From positions 3,162,001 through 3,226,000 of the forward strand of contig NW_027361723.1 of the NCBI RefSeq assembly GCF_039654945.1: a stretch of 64,000 nt of DNA, written 5' to 3'. The translations under genes were made by a program, and so were the position numbers. The stretch comes from Dendrobates tinctorius (taxonomy: Eukaryota). The notes beneath the pieces are model-generated. The model saw only the letters and a program-made list of their open reading frames with translations. It had not been told where the DNA came from and made no database searches. Position 1 is the first letter of the stretch. Each line of letters starts with the position of its first letter. This document shows, in pieces, positions 53,110 to 62,114 of the stretch.

Positions 53110-55730
53110 TATAATCCCTGGGCTTCAACACAGCCAGTTGTCGCTCAGATGTGTCGTCTGCACAGAGAAAAACACTAGCTCCTGTGTTATTGGGGTTCAG
53201 TAACGCCAGCTGCTCCCCTGCTGTGTGGACGGCAAAGTCTCCTGCTCCATCCACATTCAAACTACTACTGATTTTTAACCCTGCTCCACTTAGGCCTCTG
53301 GCTCCACTGTCTCTAGTATTTCCCCTGGCCTCCAACCCCACCAGTGACAGCTCTTAAGTGGCGTCTGCACAATCCACACTTGTTCCAGTGTTACTTGGCC
53401 TCAGTCATGTCAGTTGATCCCCTGATGTGTGTCCAGCAAGGTCTCCTGGTCTGTCCACATTCCCATTACTAGTAGTGTGAATGAGGACAGAGCAGGAGAC
53501 CTTGCCGGACACACATCAGGCGATCAACTGACATGACTGAGCCCAAGTAACACAGGAACAAGTGTGGATTGTGCTGACGCCACTTCAGAGCTGTCTCTGG
53601 CGGGGTTGGAGGCCAGGGGAAATACTAGAGACAGTGGAGCCTGAGGCCTAAGTGGAACACGGTTACAATCAGTAGTAGTCTACAACCTCTATAAAACGTG
53701 CTGCAAGTTGGCCTCAGCCTGCTCCATGCCTCATCCTGGGCTCCAACAACGCCAGTTGGTGTTCAGATGTGCCATCTTCGCAGAGAAAAACACACTCGCT
53801 ACTGTGTCTGTGGGGTTCAGTAATGCCAGCTGTTCCCCTGCTGTGTAGACGACAAAGTCTAGTGCTGCCTCCACATGCCAACAACATCAGGCCTGAGCCT
53901 GCTCCATGCCTCATCCTGGGCTCCAACAACGCCAGTTGGTGCTCAGAAGTGTCGTCTTCGCAGAGAAACACACACTAGCTCATGTGTTAGTGGGGTTCAG
54001 TAATGCCAGCTGTTCCCCTGCTGTGTAGACGGCAAAGTCTCCTGCTCCATCCACATGCCAAGAACATCAGGCCTCAGCCTGCTCCATGCCTCAACCTGGG
54101 CTCCAACACCGCTAGTTGGTGTTCAGAAGTGCTGTCTTCACAGAGCAAAACACACACTAGCTCCTGTGTTAGTGGGGTTCAGTAACGTCAGCTGTTCCCC
54201 TGCTGTGTGGACGGCAATGTCTCCTGCTGCCTCCACATGCCAAAACAATCAGGCCTCAGCCTGCTCCATGCTTCATCCTGTGCTCCAACAACGCCAGTTG
54301 GTGTTCAGAAGTGCCGTCTTCGCAGAGAAAAACACACTCGCTACTGTGTCTGTGGGGTTCAGTAATGCCAGCTGTTCCCCTGCTGTGTAGATGGCAAAGT
54401 CTCCTGCTCCATCCACATGCAAACTACTACAGATTTGTAACTGTGCTCCACTTAGGCCTCTGGCTCCACTGTGTCTAGTTTTTCCCCTGGCCAACAACCC
54501 CGCCAGTTCCTGCTCTGAAGTGGCGTCTGCACAATCCACACTTGTTCCTGAGACACGTCAGTTGATTCCCTGTTGTGTGTCCGGCAAGTTCTCCTGCTCT
54601 GTCCACATTCCCATTACTAGTAGTGTGAATGAGGACTGAGCAGGAGACCTTGCCAGACACACATCAGGGGATCAACTGACGTGACTGAGCCACAGTTACA
54701 CAGGAACAAGTGTGGATTGTGCAGACTCCACTTCAGAGCAGGAACTGGCGGGGTTGGAGGCCAGGGGAAATACTAGAGACAGTGGAGCCGGAGGCCATAG
54801 TGGAGCACGGTTACAATCAGTAGTAGTCTACAACCTGTATAAAACCAGCTGCAAGTTGGCCTCCGCCTGCTGCATGCTTCATCCTGGGCTACACAACAGC
54901 CAGTTGTAGCCTGGAAGTGCCGTCCACACAGATTGAAACACTCGCTCCTGTGTCTGTGGGGTTCTGTAACGCCAGCTGTTCCCCTGCTGTGTGGATGGCA
55001 AAGTCTCCTGCTGCCTCCAAACTCACACTACATCGTATTTTCTCCTCGCTCCAAGTAGGCCTCAGCCTGCTCGGAGCATTGATCCTGGGCTACAACACAG
55101 CCAGTTGTAGCCTGGAAGTGCCGTCCGCACAGATTGAAACACTCGCTCCGGTGTCTGTGGGGTTCAGTAACGCCAGCTGTCCCCTTGCTGTGTGGATGGC
55201 AAAGTCTCCTGCTGCCTCCAAACTCACACTTCTAGTGATTTTTAACCGTGCTCCACTTAGGCCTCTGGCTCTACTGTCTCTATTATTTCCCTTGGCCTCC
55301 AACCACACCAGACGCTGCTCTGAAGTGGCGTCTGCACAATCCACTCTTGTTCCTGTGTTACTGTGGCTCAGGCACATCAGTTGATCCACTGATGTGTGTC
55401 CGGCAATGTCTCCCGCTTTGTCCACATTCCCATTACTAGTAGTGGGAATGTGGACAGAGCAGGAGACCTTGCCGAACACACATCAGTGGATCAACTGATG
55501 TGCCTGAGCCACAGTAACACAGGAACAAGAGTGGATAGTGCAGACGCCACTTCAGAGCAGCGACTGGCGGGGTTGGAGGCCAGGGGAAATACTAGAGACA
55601 GTAGACCCAGAGGCCTAAGTGGAGCCCGGTTAAAATCAGCAGTTGTGTACAACCAATATAAAACTCGTTCCAAGTAGGCCTCAGCCTGCTGCATGATTGA
55701 CCCCTGAGCTCCAACATCGCCAGTTGCAGC
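53110..55730. repeat. Mixed array of ~180-bp direct repeats and three ~400-bp palindromes centred on ACTAGT
   Basis: Centres at 53468-53473, 54616-54621 and 55435-55440. Confidence 0.88.
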
Positions 55731-55734
55731 TCAG

Positions 55735-57190
55735 AAGTGTCTTTGGCACGGGCACTCCCTCCTGCGCAGCCTGGTTCCAGCACGCCTGCTGTTTCCGGGT
55801 AGTGTCAACGTCACTTTGCCACCAATACGTTGTCCTGTCGTGTTGCGGTCGGGTTAGCCGAGTCTATGGTGACTGCAGTTGTGGTGCTTCCTAGGTGGGC
55901 TGCTTGTTCTGGTAATAAAGGCTGGTTCCGTAGTGCCAATAGGACAAGCACCCCCTGTAGGACTGTGGGTTTTGGTAACTGCGGCCGGCTCACGGCCTTG
56001 CAACTTAGTTTTTTTCCTGGGTACCTTCTGCTACCCATCCAGGTTCCAGCACCGTCAGCTGGTTCTCGGCAGAGCCTTTGGCCTAGGTGCCTCCTTCTCG
56101 GTATCCGAGTTCCAGCAACGTCTGCTGTTCCTTGGTAGTGCTTTTTAGCACATGTACCTCCTGCTTAGAAACAGTGTTCCAGCACCGTCAGCTGGTCCAC
56201 GGTTGTCCCATTGGCTCTTGTTCCTTCTGCTGCCCCTCCGGGTTCCAGCACCGTCAGCTGGTCCTCGCTAGTGTCATTTGCTCTTGCAGCTTCTGCTACC
56301 CATCCGGGTTCCAGCACCGTCAGCTTGTTCTCGGCAGAGCCTTTGGCCTAGGTGCCTCCTTCTCGGTATCTGAGTTCCAGCAACGTCAGCTGGTTCTCGG
56401 CAGTGCCTTTGGCCTAGGTGCCACCTTCTTGGTATCCGAGTTCCAGCAACGTCTGCTGGTCCTTGGTAGTGCTTTGGAGCACAGGTACCTCCTGCTTAGT
56501 AACCGTGTTCCAGCACCGTCAGCTGGTCCACGGTTGTGCCATTGGCTCTTGTTCCTTCTGCTGCTCCTCTGGGTTTCAGTACCGTCAGCTGGTTCTCGGC
56601 AGAACCTTTGGCCTAGGTGCCTCCTTATCGGTATCCGAGTTCCAGCAACGTCTGCTGTTCCTTGGTAGTGCTTTTTAGCACAGGTACCTTCTGCTTAGAA
56701 ACCGTGTTCCAGCACCATCAGCTGGTCCACGGTTGTGCCATTGGCTTTTGTTCCTTCTGCTGCCACTCTGGGTTCCAGCACCGTCAGCTGGTTCTCGGTA
56801 GTGCCATAGAGTATTGTAGCTTCTGCTACCCATTCAGGTTCCAGCACCATCAGCTGGTTCTCGACAGTGTCTTTGGCACGGGTACTCCTTCCTGCCCAGC
56901 CTGGTTCCAGCATGCCTGCTGTTTCCGGGTAGTGTCAACGTCACTTTGCCACCAACACGTTGTCCTGTCGTGTTGCGGTCGGGTTAGCCGAGTCTATGGT
57001 GCCTGCAGTTTTGGTGCTTCCTATGTGGGCTGCGGGTTCTGGTAATAAAGTTGGTTCCATAGTGACAATAGGACAAGCACCCCCTGTAGGACTGTGGGTT
57101 TCGGAAACTGCGTCCTGCTCGCGGCATTGCAACTTTGTTGATCATGGGTACCTTCTGCTACCCATCCGGGTTCCAGCACCGTCAACTGGT
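55735..57190. repeat. Diverged repeat built on TTCCAGCACCGTCAGCTGGT, with larger internal duplications
   Basis: 55735-56060 resembles 56865-57190; 56040-56260 resembles 56570-56790. Confidence 0.85.
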
Positions 57191-57828
57191 TGTGCACCGC
57201 TGTAAGGTGTGAAAAAATGCACGCTCAGTACCTCACCAGGACAAAAAAAAAAATTGGGATTGCTTTTAAAAAAGCAGTTTGCAGAGCAGTGGGTAAACAG
57301 CAATGCAGCCGTGAGGAAGCCTTAGAAGGCAGCCTAACAACCAACACCACTGATCCAGCAAAATATAGCCTCCACTTGCACTGCACACACAGTGACTGGT
57401 GTGTTGTACAGGCAAAATCGCTAGCAGCAGAAGCAGTTTTTTTTTCTTCTTCCCTGCCTAACGCTCTCCCTATAAAATCATCATCAGCAGCAGCTCTCCC
57501 TATTCTGAGATCAGCATGAGTAATATGGCGGTTGGCGTGCACGCCCTTTTATACCCCCTGTGACGCCCCACAAAGCAAGCCAATCACTTGCATGCCCTTC
57601 TCAAAGATGGTGGTGACCCCTGCCTATGTCATCATGTTGCCCACAGTGTCCGTGGATCCTGATTGGCTGAAAAAGAGAGCAAAACAAACTTTTGAAACGC
57701 GACTTTGGCGCTTAAGTCGCCGAGCTCGTTGCCGACCTCATCCTAGGGTCTGGTTTCGTTTCATGAAACCCGACTTTGCCAAAAGTCGGCGACTTTTGAA
57801 ATTTTTTGACCCGTTTCGCTCAACTCTA

Positions 57829-58610
57829 GTCAGGAGGGATCCCAGCGCCAGGATGGTGGCGGCAGAGCTGGCCTTGACGCTGGCGCCGCCGTTACACAGG
57901 TCGGTGGTGCAGCAGGAGGTGGAAGTAGAAGCCCCGGAAATACCGCTGCTGCTCGGTGTGCAAGACAATGCACACGACTTAGTGATGGAAGTAACCGAGA
58001 TCGCACCTACAGCGGAGAAAAGCAAATCTGATGAGCTGACCGGGATGGGAAGGGTTAAAAGCTGCTCGCAACAAGAATGTGGTTTATCCTCAGTACAAGT
58101 CACCGGCAGAAGGCTGCGTGCGGTACCTGGCACCGGTGTACACAGAGGACTAGGGGGCAACCTCTACCTCTAGGAGAAAGAAGCTTTCATCTTCATCACA
58201 GATGAGATTCTTTATGGCACCAGCAATGTGACTATGGATTCCTTACTGTACAAGCAAAGACACGATGGATTCTTCACTGTATGAACAGGAACTCTGCTGA
58301 TTATTTACTGTACAAGCAGTGAGCCTCTGGATTCTTTACTGTAAGAGCAGGGTGACTGTAGACGTTTCTGCTGTAACATGTTATAACCAGGTGATATAAA
58401 ATGGTTACACATGTACAGTCAGTGTAGACCGGTGCTGGCTGGAGCTGAATGTACGGGACTACGACCAGAAAACCAAAATGCTGAGCTCACCGACTCCGGC
58501 TGATGCCTCCACCGTCCGACAATATGTTTCTCCATTCGTGCAGTTTGCCGCAGTCTGACAATTGGAGCTGGAACTTGCTGCTGTGCAGACGTAGCATTTC
58601 AGAGAGTAAG
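57829..58610 (-). pseudogene. Ly6/uPAR (three-finger) family gene, exons 58491-58610 and 57829-58006; 3' end cut by hAT
   Basis: Phase-1 GT-AG exons give YSLKCYVCTAASSSSNCQTAANCTNGETYCRTVEASAGVGAISVTSITKSCALSCTPSSSGISGASTSTSCCTTDLCNGGASVKASSAATILALGSLL: 10 Cys, CCxxDLCN, start of a GPI signal. Confidence 0.88.
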
Positions 58611-58869
58611 CTGCGGGCAGAAGGGGAAACATTACAGCGGACGTACATCACCTCCCAGTGTAGGCACAGAGGAGCGGCCTCCCTAGCAGCTGCTCCCGGC
58701 ATCTACGTGGGCTCACCTATAGACATCTATACCTCTGCAAATCTAGCATGGAGGGCAGAGACAGTAACAGTGATCCACAGGCTCCACGGAGCACAGGACA
58801 ACTCTGCCTACAGCTCCAATGGGAGAGTGCAGGTTATACAAGGGGCTTATGATGTTCGCTCCCCTCTCT

Positions 58870-59448
58870 GGGTGTACCTAATCCTATCCTGTGTGATACT
58901 GACTGCTGAGCTGTGTATCTAATCCTCTCTTGTGTGATACTGTCTGCTGAGCTGTGTATCTAATCCTATCCTTTGTGATACTGACTGCTGAGCAGTGTAT
59001 CTAATCCTATCCAGTGTGATACTGACTGCTGAGCAGTGTATCTAATCCTCTCTTGTGTGATACTGTCTGCTGAGCTGTGTATCTAATCCTCTCCTGTGTG
59101 ATACTGACTGCTGAGCAGTGTATCTAATCCTCTCTTGTGTGATACTGTCTGCTGAGCTGTGTATCTAATCCTCTCCTGTGTGATACTGTCTGCTGAGCCG
59201 TGTATCTAATCCTATCCTGTGTGATACTGATTGCTGAGCTGTGTATCTAATCCTACTGTGTGCTGAGCCGTGCATCTAATCCTATCCTGTGTGATACTGA
59301 CTGCTGAGCTGTGTATCTAATCCTACTGTGTGCTGAGCCGTGCATCTAATCCTATCCTGTGTGATACTGACTGCTGAGCAGTGTATCTAATCCTACTGTG
59401 TGCTGAGCCGTGCATCTAATCCTATCCTGTGTGATACTGACTGCTGAG
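58870..59448. repeat. ~41-bp minisatellite
   Basis: Unit GTGTATCTAATCCTATCCTGTGTGATACTGACTGCTGAGCT. Confidence 0.93.
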
Positions 59449-60409
59449 TAGTGTTGAGTAGAGTTGAGCGACTTTTGCTTTTTTAGGGTCGAGTTTCTTT
59501 TCATGAAACCCGACTTTTCCAAAAGTCGGGTCGAGCAAAATCGGCTGACTATAGGGAAAAGTCAGTGTCCGACCGAAACACGAAACCCAATGTAAGTCAA
59601 TGGGGAATTAAAGTCGGCAGTGAGAGGAGGACAGGAAACACACCTACAGTGCACATTTGAATGCCAAATGCATCAATTCTTCTTACTTAAGCTTGTCAAC
59701 CTTAATTTACTTCATAATACAAGTTATGCACTGAAAAATGGGGGTTATTTGGCTAAAGTTGTGGGGGGGTAGGGCTGGCTCCAGGTTTTCATGTGCCCTG
59801 GGTGAAAGAGCCCCCCTTTAAAACATACCACAACTCATCATGCTCCGATACGGCAGAGAAATAGTATAGTACAATGAAAAATACTTCACTTTTTACATCT
59901 CATGACGAGGCCCATCTATTTCTCCATACAGAATCATTGGTCTCATATAATGTTTGAAACAGTATATGATGAGCTCCACATAATGCTACAGTATATGTTG
60001 GTCCCCATGGATGAAGCTCCACTGTCTTATGGGCCCAAATAACGCTTCATATATAATGGGCCCCATTTCTAATGCTCTAGTGTATAATGGGCCCTGTAAA
60101 TGCTGCTCCAGTGTCTGATGTCCACCTTTGGAATGTTCCAGTGTATGGTGGGCCCCATCTATCATTCTCCAGAGTATAGTGCTCCCCAAAAATTGCTGTC
60201 CCAACATAGAAAACAATCAAATAAGTCTCCTCGCTAGGGAATCCCTGTACTAGTCTGGACTCCTCGTCGTCCCCATCTTCCATCTCACTGCACAGTATTT
60301 CAACCTTGCAAGTGCTGTGATCCTGGGCAAGCAGGGGGGGCCCACTCATTGGCGACGGCACTGGCACAGGGCCCCTGATAGTACGGTGGTGTGTCTGACG
60401 GCGGGTGGG

Positions 60410-60592
60410 CCGAACCTGCACTTTCATCTGCAGCTTCCTCTTTGTCACCGTGTAAGATGGAACTGTATATGGGAAGGGTAACCCGAGTTTCATCAGGGTC
60501 AGATTCAGGCCGTGTAGTGTGCGAGGGGAATGTAGTGGTCTGGGTCAATGTACCAGCAGATTCATCGAGCAGTGGCTGGGCATCAGTGCACT
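60410..60592 (-). pseudogene. Diverged duplicate of the transposase A N-terminal segment inside the 3' subterminal region
   Basis: CTDAQPLLDESAGTLTQTTTFPSHTTRPESDPDETRVTLP aligns with CTDAQPLMDDSAGTFTQSTTLSSQCTEPDFDPDETQVPLP encoded at ~44645-44765. Confidence 0.85.
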
Positions 60593-60696
60593 TGTGTCGC
60601 CCCCAGGAGTACGGTCGCCACAGTGGCATTACCTTCCTCCTAGGGAGTGTGATGTCATGCTTGGGAGCAACGAAGGATCTCTCTAGCAGGTTAACT

Positions 60697-61172
60697 GATT
60701 GGGCGGCGTTATTCCCACGAGTCACGACCCTCCAAACAGCGTTCATGAAGGCAAAGTGTTTGTTTTACGTGGGCAGTATGGTTGCAAAGCTGAACTTTAA
60801 AGGAATGTCCAGAAGGGCACCACCAGGAGTGGAGCCTACGGTTAAATTCGACTCCACCTGGGAAACCTCAACCATGCCAGCTACAGAAAGATGCACACAT
60901 TGCAAGCTTAATTCCGTTAACGAACAAGACTCCGTCATGCCCCGCGGTCCGAGTCCGGCTTACTAGAGGGACACGTGAGTCTCTGGCACATGAGATTGGC
61001 CAATAACTGGTGTGTCATGCCCTTACATGTCCGTGGCTGCATGTGCGCTACACTGAAAAGGCCAGCGTTTGTCGCTTACAGGTGCAGATAACCCGCTGAA
61101 CAACGTTAGTAATGGGGATCTATGATTACTATTATTACCCGCGAACGATGATTTCCCAGTAAGTGCAGGTCA
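60697..61172 (+). pseudogene. Diverged 18S rRNA gene fragment inside the hAT element
   Basis: Colinear 18S blocks recognised by eye: GGCGGCGTTATTCCCA; AGTATGGTTGCAAAGCTGAA..TAAAGGAAT..GAAGGGCACCACCAGGAGTGGAGCCT; TTAATTCCG.TAACGAAC; TAGAGGGACA; CAATAAC.GG..ATGCCCTTA.ATGTCC..GCTACACTGA; TTCCCAGTAAGTGC.GGTCA. Confidence 0.88.
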
Positions 61173-62114
61173 ACCGCAGTTCCGGAATTAGGCCTAACCG
61201 TCATTCCTGAAAAAATGAAAAACTTACGTGTGCAAACCACAGGTGCTGTAGCTTGCTTAACAGCTCGCCAGCCGTTCTCACGCCCAGTATGGATTACACG
61301 TGATTGCACAAAGGTGAGAAAGGGTACCGTATCCCAGGATAACATGTATGGATAGCGTACACATTCAAAATATATGTCAATACATCAGGAGGCAAGCTCA
61401 GACGGTGTCAGGCCCAGTATGGATTACACGTGATTGCACAAAGGTGAGAAAGGGTACTGTATCCCCGGATAACATGTATGGAAAGCATAGTGTACACATT
61501 CAAAATATATGTCTATAGATCAGGAGGCAGGCTCAGATGGTGTCAGGCCCAGTATGGATTACATGTGATTGCACAGAGGTGAGAAAGGGTACCGTATCCC
61601 CGGTTAACACGTATGGATAGCATAGTGTACACATTCAAAATATATGTCTATACATCAGGAGGCAGGCTCAGACGGTGTCAGGCACAGTATGGATTTGACG
61701 GCCCAGACTACACAGCGGAGGAGCAGGGAGAGGTAAAGATTGCAAATGCTGGGGCCCTGCCCAAGCAAGGAGGGCCCACTTGTGGGCATCGGTACTGGCA
61801 CTGGGCCCCTCATAGTACGGCGGTGTCTGACGGCGGGTGTGCACCACCACCGTCAGAGACACTTGATTGCACTATGAGGGACCCTGTGCCAGTGCCCGCG
61901 CCCAAGAGTCGGCCTACCCACCTGTCCAGGGCAACGGCACTCGCACGGTTTCGTGCGCTATGTGGTGACCCCGGCCATGGGGGGGGGGAGGCAGCACAGT
62001 TAGGGAGTTTTAGAAAGTGGCATATGTTGATGTTGGACATTCAGCTGATGCAAAAGGCGAAATTGTTCAAGTCCCAGGAAGAGGAGGACCAAAGCGAGCC
62101 ATTTTTCTGGCAAC

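Larger units (their letters stand above)
49262..57828 (-). mobile_element. hAT piece C: family left end at 57828 (inverted), repeat region and transposase B; truncated at the right TIR of copy A
   Basis: 57233-57828 is the reverse-complement homologue of 31848-32440; no other TIR or TSD seen between it and the transposase B gene. Confidence 0.75.

Noticed and set aside
31848-57828. One 26-kb composite transposon mobilised by the two inverted left ends
   Set aside because: The flanking 8-mers differ (TATACCAC versus GTCAGGAG) and the flanks belong to unrelated sequences
60697-61172. Functional 18S rRNA gene
   Set aside because: Partial, internally deleted, mutated at universally conserved positions, and with no ITS/5.8S/28S nearby
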